Assembly (NCBI RefSeq): GCF_003704095.1
Contig: NW_020847100.1
Location: forward strand, 62,001 to 126,000
Length of the DNA: 64,000 nucleotides
DNA from: Pocillopora damicornis
Taxonomy: Eukaryota
Reading direction: 5' to 3'
Shown: piece by piece, positions 11,082-24,700 of the stretch
Layout: each line of letters begins with the position of its first letter
How positions within the stretch are numbered: position 1 is the stretch's first letter
Program-made: the position numbers and the translations under genes
The notes under the pieces: generated by a model
What the model saw: the letters and a program-made list of their open reading frames with translations, nothing else
Told to the model about the DNA's origin: nothing
The model's database searches: none

Positions 11082-13503
11082 ACGTTATGTTATAGAAACA
11101 TCATTTTTCTTACTTTAAAATTTTGTAAAAAAAATTGGATCTGTATTTCCCTTTATCTTAAAATCGAAATCTAAAGGAAGAAAAGAAAGTCTGCCATTTT
11201 GGAATGTTTTCAACCAAGAAAGAGCTGAGAATAACAAAAAACACGAAAATATAAATCAGCTAATGAGATTCTCTGCCTTAGGAGATAAAAGATTAATCGC
11301 TCTCAGAAGGTCAGTGACATCTAACGGTCTCGAATAACTGACACCAGAACAAAGTAATTTATTGTCAATTTCATTGAAAGTAAATTATTTCATCTTTTAC
11401 TTCTTTTTTCGCGGAATGTTTTTCCTGGGGATACATATTTTGGCAAATCAAGGACAATCAACAACAGTTTAATCCCGCAAAATTGTTATATTATTCACTA
11501 AATCAAAAAAAGAATGGTGGGGCCATTTGAAAACTGTTCGGAGAGGGTGGTACTTTGTCACTCTATGATTCGAGCAATTCAATGACCAAGCAGGTAAAAA
11601 GATTCGTGGGGGTTTAGAATTCCTTTGATATCTTTGGGAAAAAATTTTTTTTTTGTTCCATTGGCCCCCTTTTTTTTTTGTTCCATTTTCCCTTTGTTTT
11701 TCAGTCAAATGACTTTGTTAAATCTATGATAATATTCGTTTAAATTGCCGCGTCCTCACTTTATTCACAACTTTACTCAAGTGGTATCCCGTAGAAAAAT
11801 GTTAACTTATGATTTGAATACTCTTGATTGTGCTACTGATGATGTTCAAAATTAACCAAACGTTTCAAACTAATTAAATCTCTTGTTTTCTTCAATTTAT
11901 CAAGTCTGAACTCCTTACAAACAAAAAAAAAAGCGAAAAAAAAGTCGAAGTTATATTCCTAAAAATACGCCAATTTCACTATTTTTTTTTCTCGAAACGA
12001 CAACGTTTTGAAACAGTCTCTCGAGTTGATTTGCTATATACATGTGTGTGGACAGGCGTAATTACATATGGAAAGGCTTTGTATTATTACATTCCCGTAC
12101 GGGCCAATATCACTTACCTGGCCGTAAGGTCTAAACACGCCTCTCACAATTTCCCAGCTAGTACTGTCTGCTATCACTCTTGACCACAGATACTCGGATT
12201 ATCTCCGGAAGATTATAAAGAACATTATGAGCACTGAAAAGGCCTCGCCTCTAGGGAAACATCGTACTTAACAAGTTATCTGTGTAGCATCTGCTACTAC
12301 CTGCTTAATTTAGAATATGTCACCTGGTCAAAGCAATTAATAGTGCATAGGCCAGCGTCTAAAGATCCAGCTCTCTCGAAAGGAAAATTTATGCCCTTCA
12401 ATGTTTTTTTATGTCTGGCAGCCATGAACCAAATTTCTTTAAATCTAAATTACACCTTTTATTGATCTATTTCTATACTTTGTATGAAAAGACAAGTAGC
12501 TGAGTGTTGTTGTCCATATCAGTGCACATTATTCGCACGCTAATGCATAATCGCTGTTATGCACCAGCGGTAACATAAACCCATAACAACTTAACTTACG
12601 TGTATTGCAGANNNNNNNNNNNNNNNNNNNNNNNNNNNNNNNNNNNNNNNNNNNNNNNNNNNNNNNNNNNNNNNNNNNNNNNNNNNNNNNNNNNNNNNNN
12701 NNNNNNNNNNNGGGGCAGGAGGAAGGAGACCTGCTTTGAGTGAAACTGGGATGAACTCCAGAGAATATCAGTGGTTACAGCTTCGCCTTTTATTAAGATT
12801 CATTCAGTGATTTAATCCATTCTTTTGAATTCATACGCTCCCAGGTTACTTGATGGAAAACTTGTAATAGCGTTATTGGTAGTGGTTAATGTGATTGGAT
12901 TGTATGGTCCTGTTACAACATGTCTTTTGTTTTGTAACTGTGATACAGGCTTTGGATTGGAAAGGTTTTGTTTCTATGTTGCCAAAAATTCGTGTGGCTT
13001 TCGCAGAAAAAATTTTCCATATAGAATACCTTTATTTATGTGATGAAGCCTATATAATTTGACCTCCTCGTTAGAGATTTTCTCACTCTTGACGTGGCAT
13101 AAGTCTTTTTTTCCTTCTGGTAAGAAACAAAAGTAATGATAAACAAATCGACCCATTTGTAAATTGTTAACATGAGATGGAGCAATTTTCTATTTACTGA
13201 ATGTGGTAAAACCAGGACCAAAGTATTTAAAGAAATACTCGCAAGTAAATACTTAGAGAACTAGTGAAAACTTAAAGTAAAAAGAGCAAACTAACTGAGA
13301 GCATTAAAAATTCTTAAGACATCACAGTGACTGAGTATGCACGTGTATCCAATTGGTCATGGAGAAACGTAATAGTTTTCTAAAACAACCAGAGTGTAAA
13401 GCAAACAAATGAACAACTGCAATCGTGGTCTAGTCACTAAACGCTCAATTGAAAATTGCTCCATACCATGAATCTTCAATTTTTTATTTGAGTGAGCAAG
13501 AGT

Positions 13504-13737
13504 CTACATTACTGGACAATTTTTCCCTTCCTTGTACGGGTTTCCGCCCGCGGGAATCCCTTGGAGAAGACAATCGTCCTGTGCATTTTCTAGGCAATAG
13601 TTCATTATTTCTTCAGCTGTTCTGGAAACTTTCATCCTTTGCATCTTCGCCTGCCTACGAAGGAGGTCTACAGTTTCTTTAAGAGCTGATTTCTTAGCAG
13701 GCAACGTGCAGTAGTTTTGTTTCGAAGGAGAAGACAT
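13504..13737 (-). CDS. Heterotrimeric G-protein gamma subunit (GGL domain), 77 aa, single coding exon
   Basis: Contains LKETVDLLRRQAKMQRMKVSRTAEEIMNYC, DCLLQG and NPYKE, and ends in the CaaX box CPVM. A splice acceptor near 13770 implies a non-coding 5' exon. Confidence 0.93.
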   Translation of the reverse strand: MSSPSKQNYCTLPAKKSALKETVDLLRRQAKMQRMKVSRTAEEIMNYCLENAQDDCLLQGIPAGGNPYKEGKNCPVM

Positions 13738-14074
13738 TGTCTTAATCCAAAGTCCTGTCGAAGTTCTTTCTACAAAGGAAAAAACAATCAAGAGAGTATT
13801 TTTTTTACTGACTGGTTCACCTCTGTTTTAACCGCGCTATGAGCAGCTTGCTTTTTTATTCCCTCATGTGAATTCTCACTGGCCATTTGTGATATTTTCC
13901 ATCGTTCGGATTTGCTGGTGTGATTACTTTGGCCCAAATGTTTTTACGACACCCAATGTCAGTCTGGCAGATGAATATGTATATATAGAGTCTGCAGTAA
14001 ACTTCGTCAAAATTTTTTTTCAAGATTTTCCTTCAGTTAATTTTGTCATGAGCGCTTTTTGATTTAGGGTCTAT

Positions 14075-14430
14075 AAAACAAAGTAATCACAACAGCCAAT
14101 CCAATTAAAGGAGGGAAATAACTTTCAGGCCCAATGAGAACTCAAAGTAAGAACAATCCAACTGCCTGAAGCGCGGGGAAACGTGGGCGACCAAATCACG
14201 ATTGGTTTTTTTTAGTTTTGCCTCTGATTGGATGAGAGAGTAGTGTTGTGTTTGAGCGCTTTTTGATTGAGTTTCGATACACCAAAGTAATCACAACAGC
14301 CAATCCAAAGAAAGCAGGGAAAATACTTGAACTTTAAGCGCCAATGATAAGTCAAAGCAAAAATAACCAAATTGCCTGAAGCGCGGGAAAACGCTGGCGA
14401 CCAAGTCATAAATGGTTTTAGTTTAGCCTC
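14075..14430 (+). repeat. Two tandem copies of the interspersed repeat family
   Basis: aaagtaatcacaacagccaatcca...gcctgaagcgcgg[g/a]aaacg...gcgacca occurs at about 14080 and about 14285. Confidence 0.75.
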
Positions 14431-17400
14431 CACGTTCCTTACTCAGTCAGTTCTCGGAAGCAGTGCACAGTCTAGACAATGATATTCCTAGGATGGACCA
14501 AATTAACCAAACAATTGCAAAAGTATACTACTTATTAAGGTGACAATAGTTTCACTTCACCATTTGAACACGTGTGCTCGCGCCAAAACATTTGACGCGA
14601 GCACAAGTTTAACTTACTTACATGTAAATAAAAATATTCCGGTAAAAAATAACTCACATTCTGCGTGTTGTGGATGTACGTCGATATGGAACAAAAAGGC
14701 ACGCGGTCTATTGCTAGTGCGAGTTCCGCTCTAGACGGCCTTAAAGAATACAAAATGGCCTTTGAAAACAGAATTTACATAACCGAAATGGAAAATGTAA
14801 AGTAAAATTGTTAACACACTCAAATCAAGGCATGAAAAATTAGCTGTTTCGTGGACACTTAAAAAACGTTTTATCAAAGTCCGTAAATATATTGATCATA
14901 TCTTAGCCATATGCTTGGTGCTCAAAATTGACATTTCGCGCGTAGAGTCTTATTTAGAGTTAACCTGAATTTATCGCCGTGTTGCGCGCCGAACACATCA
15001 CTCAAGCTTTCAGGTAGTGTGGTGCTTTAGGCCAATCCTAAATGCAAGGAAAGGGACTATTGTACCATTAAAATAAAATGGTCGCGTTTAAAGTCTTTTT
15101 TACTGTTTTAAATCATTTCAGAGCAATTTAATCTCCGAAGAAATCGGTTTCTATACACAATGGCGGTCAGTGTGGATAGGCGGCGAGGAATCTGCATATG
15201 ATTGATAAACATCGCAATGTTTTGCTGGTAAGTTTAAAGTTGGTCATTCCGAACTTTGCGCCATTTGAGGTCGAAAGGCTTCAACTTAGCGAGATTCCAT
15301 TGCAATGCACAGTGTTTTCGCCTGACGGTAAAAAACACTGGGCTTTGCAATGGAACTTCTTCCTGTGTTTAGCTCACTAAACATGCTATGGCAATCCTAT
15401 AAATTTTTTCGCTCGTCAATCAACTTTAAAGTGCTTCTTATTTTGGAAACAAAACTCTTTCACGAAGACAATGACCTTCACACAAATATTTATAAGGCTT
15501 GTGCCCGAGAAATATCACTTCAGTCGACACTTTCCTCGTCTTTGTCGTCGTAACGAGCGATGGAACAAACTCATCCTGTACATCGCTATCAAAACAAGTC
15601 ATCGTGATTCATTACATCGCTGCAACTATACTTGCGATTATTTCCAACCTATTTCAAAGAAAAGGTTCTTTCACAGGAACATTGCTTTCAAAAAATTTTT
15701 CAGTATACTACGCGGGGGGAAACTGGGCTGCCCCCGCGTTAAATTGCGGTTGCTTTTGCGCGTTCGAGGTCTCCTATCAAACACAAAGACGCAGGAAAAT
15801 GTTTCATATTGTGTTTAGACGTACATCTTGTATCCTCAGGTTTGCCATTACACTTGAATTTCTAAACCACTTAGCCGGCTGGGCTGAATTGAAGTCAATC
15901 CTAATTTATTTTCATCATTTGACGCGTTAAAAGTGCGAAGGAGGTCAATACTTTTAAAGCTCAGTATAATTAATATATCTCAAGATTTCTTTCTCTTTTT
16001 AAAATGATTGAGAAATCGATTTCCATGCTCTAACAGGGAAGCGCTCAAAATCAAATACAAAATGTTTCCTTTCATTATATTAATAATAATAGCTTCCAGA
16101 TCTAAAGCAGGAAAACGGCAAACTGTTTACGCTAAAAGCTCGTTTTTCAGTATTTCTTACGAGATACAAGACCTTTGCCGACTTGAAAGTTCAACAGGAA
16201 AGAACAATTTTTGAAAGACAGTCACTGTGATAAGTTAAGAAGAAACCAGAGTAACTAACGACGAAGACAATTGAAAAGGGTTAGCAATCGACGAACTTGA
16301 ATCATTTCGCTGAATTTTGTAGGATGCACACCAAACTGCAAAGTCTTGCTACAGAGAGGAAAGCGAAATTAACGCCTTGGTCAACACTAGAACTTTATGT
16401 TAACCGATGACTGTGCTGATGACGTATTCGGTTCAGTTGTTCTTTGCATGGAGCCATGTTGACATAGAGAGGTAAATATTCGAATCGAGCGATGATTTCA
16501 GAAGACAAAGAATTAAAGAAAAATGAACATACACTCCGATTTAAAGGCACAAAAAGCGGAAGACAACATGGCTAAAACGTTCGCCAAAATCTCCCTGATT
16601 TAGAATTTATCGTTTGTTTTGTTTAAGAAATATACATTCTTTTTTTTTAATTACACTGCACTGTCTAACTATTAACATGAACGAATTATTTAAACATGAA
16701 ATGCAGTCGAAATGAAAAAATACGCGAGATCGCTACCTCCTTCATTTAAAAAAAAGGTGTTTCAGATACATAATGCTCTTTACTTATGTTCTAGGAAATA
16801 AATATACAAAAAAACATTTCACTACCTTTAAAATCCTTAGAAATCTGTCTTGTCTTTTCTCGCTTTTCCCCCGAATCCTTTCAGCTGCCGTAGGTTTCCT
16901 TGTTTACAAATGAAATTCCTACCATCCGAAGGTTTCCTCTCTGTTATGCCTTTTTACATTTATTTTGGTGGTTATCCTGTCGGTTTGAAACAAAATCGGC
17001 GTTCCGTCAGATAGGTTGCTCTTCTGAATTCGTAGAAAGCGCTTGGTCTGACGAAACAAAAGCTTCCAGCTATGTCAGCTACAATGCGAAATTAATTATT
17101 TTTTTTTACAATCATACACTAGAGAAATTCGCAATGAATCACGTGTGGATTCAGAATCGGCGACTTGAAACATCCATCTTGTGTTTTCTCCCTCTTTTGA
17201 ACCGAAACTTTCCCAATTTACGTAACGGGTCTTACGCAGAATTTCCGTCTTTATAGCTTTCCAATTGTGAATATAAATTTCTTTTCGGCGGGTATTCAAG
17301 TAGTTAACTCATCAATCGCTATACCAGATTAGATAAAAATTCGTGTAAGACACCAAAAACCCCCTTTCGTAGAGGTCGATTTTCAACGTGCTGTCCACTG

Positions 17401-19282
17401 AGGAGAAATGTGCCTGATCTATTTGTGGTCACAATTCTGAATTCATGTCAATTAGGCTTGTCTAAGGGTGCATATTAATCTCCTTGTAGGTGACTATCCA
17501 CCTCCAACTAATTTGCATTTGAACCGTCAGAGGAGACAAAAACAAACTGCATTGGAAATATTAGAGAGATTGGCAGTTAATTCATTACGGTCGTTGGCAG
17601 CAAGGAGAGAATGAATTCAAGCGTTTTTGTCTTAAATAATAAAATAAATTCAACCAGAAATTCATTGAGGCGCATTGTTTCAAGGTAAAAGTTTCAATTT
17701 AGGTTGTAAACAATTTAAACCAAAAATTATAATTCGCCGACTTAAAATTCACCGTCCACCAATGACTCTGCCTATTCACTTTTTAAATACAGATGTTCTC
17801 CACCGGGTAATTTCCATATGAAAGAAGCCGCATTATAGAACTGACACTTTTTAAAACGGATGATTTGATCTCAAGTGTCCATAGATGCAATACCTTTTAG
17901 CTGACGCCGAAGCCATCGTGCTGACTTCTGTACGTTTTACGAAATCCTTTGAGGCTCAGAGCACAATTATTATTCATAAAACATGTGAAATGAAATAACA
18001 TCGTATTTGGTTATAGTGGAAGATAAAATTATTTTCCTTCAAATCTCATAGATTCAGGTATTGTCTTAAGATTTAAGTTATGCAAACATTTGGGTAACAT
18101 TGTGGATTACAGTATGTAATATAAAATGTCTAATTTCATGAATTTCTTGTTGCACGTCAAATATTACATTCAATTTGCGAAACCAAAAAGAAAAACAGGT
18201 GAATTTGCGTTATGCAGATGTCAGAAGTCTCGCTGTTTTCCATCTCTTCAGTCGTGAGGTAATTCCCAAAACCTGAGTACAGTCTCTACCATTTTGAATC
18301 GGCATGTTTGATCAGCAGACCGCAAAATCGTGCATTTGTATTTTGAAATGATAACGATTTAAAAAAATTAGAAGCAGGTGTTTTTTGGGCAGCATGACAA
18401 AGTTTTTTTAGATTTACTAATTAACTTGTTGAAGCGATGATCGGACTTTATTCACACTTCGTCCACGATTAATCCTGGGTTAGAAGAGTCTTTAGTTCGT
18501 TGAAGTTTTGCTTCATGTAACTGTCTTGCATACAGTTTAGTGTTTACTTTTCGTTTCATTCCATTTCATCCCATGCATGTGTTGAACTAAAACTTCACAA
18601 AACCGCGAAATCCCAAAGGCACACCTTAATCGAGAATAAACCAAACCGAGGTTGACTGTTAAATCCTGACACTGGAAAATAAACAGAGGAATATCTTTAG
18701 AGGAAGCTGCAGACCTTAAACTAAGTTTAGATTAGGTCAATTTTGAGCACTACCATTACATTTTAGGGCAAAAGGAGTGCGAAGATGGGCGCACCCACCA
18801 CCCCTAGCGGTCGTGCTCGGGCGTTTGAGACATGAAAGAAAATGAAAAAAAAGTTCGTGAGGCTATAACGGCAAACGTTTCAAACCATTCGGGTTTTCTT
18901 TAAGACCTATCTTGTTGGGATCGATCGATTTCTGTGAAGTATCTTCGGAAGATTTTTTTAGATCGATTATCTACCATTGTCGGTAGTCGGTTGGTCGTGT
19001 ATTGTTCGTCGGTTAATGTCAAATTGTCAATTGTTGCGTGTTTATCATAGGTCGCGACCACATTCGACGACAATATTCTCGCGGCTGTCAAATTTTCTTC
19101 CCCCGGGTCGGCTGTTAATCGGTGCAAAGATTATTGTGGGCCACAACTGACACTTTGGAAGTGGCTGCCTCGGAAGAATAAGAGGCATGAACTCATATTC
19201 TTGCAAAGAGCGTTTAAATAAAAAGAAGCTGGGAAATCAAAACTTTCGTCTTTTAGTATAAATGATTTTGTCTTCAAGTGAA

Positions 19283-19551
19283 TTTGAATATATGAAAATC
19301 ATATATGTGAACTGCGTATCAAAAAATGAATATGAAAGTGATCTTCGCAGTAATGCACATTACTTAAACATTGGTGAATGTAAGGCCTGATAAAGTTTCA
19401 GGCCTGTATAGGATTTGAACTCATGACCTCTGCAGTAACGGTGCAGCGCTCTACCAACTGAGTCAACCAGCCAACCGGGAGCTGGTCATTAAGTTGGCTC
19501 GTAATAAACCCGTCAAGTGATGAACAAACATCAGTCAGAGAAAGTACGAAA

Positions 19552-19583
<32 letters not shown>
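19283..19583 (-). mobile_element. tRNA-derived SINE-like repeat with adjoining (TA)n
   Basis: Reverse strand reads ctcagttggtagagcgctgcaccgttactgcagaggtcatgagttcaaatcc (A and B boxes); aaggcctga/tcaggcct hairpin; same family as 49495-49705. Confidence 0.7.
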
Positions 19584-19588
<5 letters not shown>

Positions 19589-19883
19589 GTCTTTGATACA
19601 CATTACATATCACAGGCTAATATATATTTTTATATCTCACGCTTGTGACCAGGTGCCGAGCAGCTTATGTTATAATAATTTTCAATCAGTGAAGGTGTTT
19701 CTTTTTTATCCAAATATGAATTGTAATTTACAGCTTTGATTTTTAACTTAAGGAGTGAAATAAAGGCTAAAACGAGATTTGAAAATTATACCGTCAATTT
19801 ACGAGGACCTCCTTCAAAGCGGCTTCTAAAGTGAAAAATTTGTTAATCGGAAAAATACGCCTGTGGCACAAAAATGCATGGGT

Positions 19884-19985
19884 GGAGGCGCGGTGGCCTC
19901 ATGGTTAGTGCACTCGACTCCAGATCGGGTGGTCCGGTTTCGAGCCCTGGCCGGGGTCACTGTGTTGTGTTCTTAGGCAAGACAT
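19884..19985 (+). mobile_element. SINE 5' head (tRNA-derived), truncated
   Basis: GGAGGCGCGGTGGCCTCATGGTTAGTGC (A box), GGTTTCGAGCCC (B box), then ctgtgttgtgttcttaggcaagaca, typical of invertebrate tRNA-SINE bodies. Confidence 0.7.
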
Positions 19986-21751
19986 GCATGGCAATTGGAC
20001 AGAATTGCAATTTACATGTAGACCCTGCAATTTGATATGAATCTACAGAGAAATTAGGAACTGAACTTGTTTAAAGTTACAGACGTTAATGTAACTTTTA
20101 TCAATCTCAAAATCCCTTCACTCGGGCGAAAGAACTCTTGGCTGGATGAAACTTTTGAAAGTATGTTTTAGCTTCCAGTCCACAGGAAGAATTATTCATG
20201 GGAAAGTGAATTATAATATAGCTAATTTAGCTATAATAAAATTATAATTTTTGGTTTTAGCTATAATTTAAGGTAACTCTGAAGAAAATTGTCTCTAGTG
20301 CCCAAGACCACAGAAATGGGCCCATGAACTGCAAGTAATTTCAACGATATCGATTAGCCAATGAACCAGTTAACACTTTCACTACGATTAAACATTTTTG
20401 CCAATTAATGACAAGCTCATTAAAAACTTAGGCAAGTATCAATCTTCCCTCCCAGTTATAGTCATAATCATCGGCCAAATCTTCACCACAAGAACTGCGA
20501 CCAATTAATAGTTGTAAATTCAAGACTTTCATAAGGAGTGATGGAAAGTGGATAGAGCCTAACTTGGCAATTTCTGCAGGGGGGATGACCTGCAATGGAG
20601 CCACTAATCCCAGTGTTTCTACGACTTGTCTCAACAGGTTATAATTTACTCTGCCGACAGCTGAAAAAACTCAATTCGTCAGTAGTTGCAAACTCAAACC
20701 TAGAATACGGATGTGGAAATAAAAGAAAATGCGACCAACTTTGCCGCATTCTTTTTTTGTTGCTAGCTTCGCATAGGAATAACCTTTGATTTAACCATAA
20801 TTTCCTGTATTTCTACGACTTGTTTCAACAGGTTACAATTCACGTTACCGAGGGCTAAAAAACCGGTGGTTTAGGTCGCAAGCAATAAAAAATTAAGCAA
20901 AATTTCCTTGAGACGTCAATTGTTATGAAAACTTGAGTAGGATGTCCGAAACGATTCAATTAACCTATAAACAATATAAGGTGAGAACAGTTTAACTAGT
21001 TGACCTGCAAGAAATGTGCTTACATCTGTTGAAAAGCCGTTAACAAAGGCTGAAAAGCTACTTCAATGATTAGTCTAACAGCCTTTGTCTTCAAGAACGC
21101 CAGTTGAAACAGATGTCTTCTTAATTCAATCAAGGTAAGAAATTGATGCTTTTAGATAAACTAAAACAAAATTTAACTAACCAAAACCTGGAATGGAACG
21201 GAAGAAGCCTACTTGAAGGCTTAGAGTTCTGGATGAAATTCTCTCATCGGTCTGCGCTCACCTGAATCGCTCCATCGTGTCGTGAGATAGCAGCGACGCA
21301 TAATTATAAAGTGGTTTTATGATGATCTACTTATTAAAGGTCAAAAGTTAAACTGCAAGCTTAAAATTTGTAGATTTGGGGAACAGTTAACTTCAACATC
21401 AAATTATCGCTTGAGTAAGCACTCAATATTAAATATTGTAACGGCGTTATCGAAGCATAACCGCTTCTTTGAGTTTTTGTCTAATAAATTAGCTCTTGAT
21501 TGGTTGGTGTTTACAACAGACGATTACGTTGAAAGTGAATTTATCGTCGGGATTTATGACACATGAGATCTTCGGATGCAGGGCTTCTAGTCCGCCTGGA
21601 ATGATGTTAGACTGATAGAACTGCTGTGTCGCTAGAATGAGAAATTTGCGGTCACCAGATCATCCTGATCGCATGAGATACTCCTTGTACTTCTCGTAGT
21701 AGTGAGTTAAGCAAATCGGTAAATTATACTTCTAACAATTTTAACAGGGCA

Positions 21752-24700
21752 ATGCTTTTACTTCTGAAGTTCGCATGCGTTCTTTCAGTTGTTATTCTGT
21801 ACATGCCTCTGCTGTTCGTTTGCAAGTCAGTGTCCACGACCGTGAATAAAAAGCCAAACTCGCGAAGAACAAATGGCTGTAAGTACTAAACTTGAATAAG
21901 ATACGTAATCCTCACATGGTGAAATCATTCTGAAAGAAAACACGATTATCACAATTTAAACGATCTGTTGGAAGACAGACGCATATATGACATCAACAAT
22001 GAAAAAATTTTCTTCTTTATTGCAAAAAACAAATTGATTCTAAGTTGCTGTGGGTCTGTTTGGTAATAGATCACAAAAGACGTCATGACACGGTAAGAAC
22101 ATCTGTAACATACTCAACTGCGCTTTGTGTGCCACTTTTTTGTTTACCACATTTTAATGCCATCTGTAATCTATAACTAAACAGATGCACAGGTGAAATA
22201 ATTTTGAAAGGATTTACGATAATCCCAAACTGGTGAATAAGATTCCCTAAGCAGTCGTTCAGTTGTTGTGCCAATTCTAGCAGATAGTTCAGGCCGGTGC
22301 AGCAACCAAGGTGAATAAGGTCGTCTTCTGCATTATTTGTCTCTCAATGCTAAGAGTTGTTGTAGAGGTTAAAGAAAGAAGGTTTAATAGGACTCGGGTT
22401 TATAAGTGTCTCAATAGACCAGTTGTCGTTGAAATATATGTTTGGTATAATAAACTAATACTTGATTACGTTTTATGCCATTTTTTGGTTCCCGCCCCAA
22501 AATAGAACCGACTTCAATTAAGCATCTTTGTGGATTGCAAAAGGTATCTGAGAGCACATAAGAATAATTCTAATTGTGCTCTTTAACCTTTTTCATTAGA
22601 TGTGGAATCTTGCTTTGATACTGAGCCAGAACGTTGCAAGAATTTCAAATTTTACTGCCTAACGCGATCTCAGTTCATGAGCCAAAATTGCAAGCTAACC
22701 TGCCAGATGTGTCATCCAGGTGGGTGAGCCTCGTTTCAAAGCTTCTTTCATGAACTGACTGTAAACATCAATCCTCGATTTTCCTTGACTTTCCGAAGCT
22801 TTGTGCTGAGACTGGTTATGAACACCTCTACCACTCATTCGCCACCAATCAGAGGCTAAAGTGATTCCTCTCGCGAATTAGTTAGAGCGTTTTCCTGAGC
22901 TTTAGGTAGATTGCATGTGCTTACATCGGTCCCTTGAGGTGTTAATCTTTGCCCCACTTGGCCATCGAGATTTCTTCGATTTATAATTTTGCGATTCTCG
23001 ATCAAAATGCACTCTATGTGAAATTGCGTTCGCACAGGTCCTCATTTCCACAGAGAAAATGAAAATATTAGTACTTGCGAACACCAACATAAACGAGGCA
23101 CAACCCAGACCCCGTAACCCTGTACCACCCAGTACCATTGTGCTGACTGTGAATCTTTAGTGATGATTCTCCTTCCTAGCTGATCCGTGATTAATCTTTT
23201 CATATTACTTCTTAGGTGATCCTGTTTTCGATTTATCAAGCAAATGTGCTGTAGAGCTGGATAAGCGCCAGGAGGAACTTTGTATACTAAACGAATGGAC
23301 TAGAGTCTGTCCACATACATGCAAAGGCAAGTTACCTTTTACTTTGTAAGTGATATAGAATCTCGATGGCGGGGTATGGCTTCTACCTGTACTAGCTTCA
23401 GGCAGTTGAAACGCCCCATGATATTTCCACCAGGATGAACTGTAAAACTTTTTAGTAGGTATTTCCTCGTCCCCATGTTTTACAACTTCATTAAATTGAT
23501 GTTGTTTCAGTGAAAAAATTTCACGACTTATCGTGCAGTGACGACATCGATAGTGGACCCAAAGAGCGTGATGCATGTGCGTGCGTGCTTTCATTGTTTA
23601 TTGTCGATGTTAATTTCTGCTTAAATTCGCTCGTACTGAGAACAGTTGGTTTTGAAAAGTAGACCATGTTAGTGAGGTTCTCTTCTCCTCTGAGAAAACA
23701 CACAAAATAAAAGTGAGTCATCGTTCAACCAGCTTGTTTGTTTGTTTGTTTGTTTTGCCATTTACAGAGTACATCTGCGCTGACAAGGAGCAAGATTGTG
23801 CAAGTTTAGCGAGTCGCAATGGCTGCCTTTTACAACATGCGTACATGACAGAGAAATGTATGCTGTCATGTGCCATGTGCACTCCAGGTATAGGTCAAAA
23901 GTCATTTTGCTGACCTTTTTGGTTTCTGGGACCTTTTCTGTCATTTTCCCGAAGTGTCAACTTTTGGAATTTTAGGATGCTTTCTCAAGGCTTAGTTTTA
24001 TAGAGGCGGCCAAAAGGTGTCTAATGCTGATGTTCGCTCATAACAATTATTTACCGAGGACGAGATGATTAATTGTTTTAGTATCTACCACACATAAGCA
24101 AAAGAAATTAGTTCATTTCTGTCAGTTTACCAAAAATTGGTCGGAAAGTAAATTGTTGACGCGAGATTTCGTATCTTTGGCTGCTCGGAGGTGAATAGTG
24201 ATAATTACAAACGAACCAGCCGAACAAAGTGCGTGAAAAGTACCATTCACCTGTGTGTTATATACTAATTCTTGGTATAATTCTTCAATCAACCGTACTC
24301 TAACGTTATCATCTTTCTTACACTATCTGCACATGAGATTTTTAAAGAAGGTATCGATTATAGTACCGATCTTGAAGAGCACCCAACCGCGAATAAAAAA
24401 AATCCTTATACGGCACTTACGAAATTCTTTACTTGTCTTAAGCCCATGAAGAACTATTTTTCCCATTTAATTTTGACTTCCTTAGGTAATACTGTGATGG
24501 ACACAACCAGTGAGTGCAACCCTAAACAAGATCTTTGTCGAACTGACTGGGAATGGAGAAGTATTTGTCCACATACATGTAAAAGCTATATTCAAAGTCA
24601 ACCACAAGTATCAGCACAAGTCGTGCAACCCCAGGTGCAGTCAGGCGCGGCAGTGCAACCTCAGCAACCAGTTGCTAATTATCCCGCACTACCAACTGTT

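Noticed and set aside
14800-19200. Assorted 60-143 aa ORFs
   Set aside because: No recognisable domain and no consistent splice structure.
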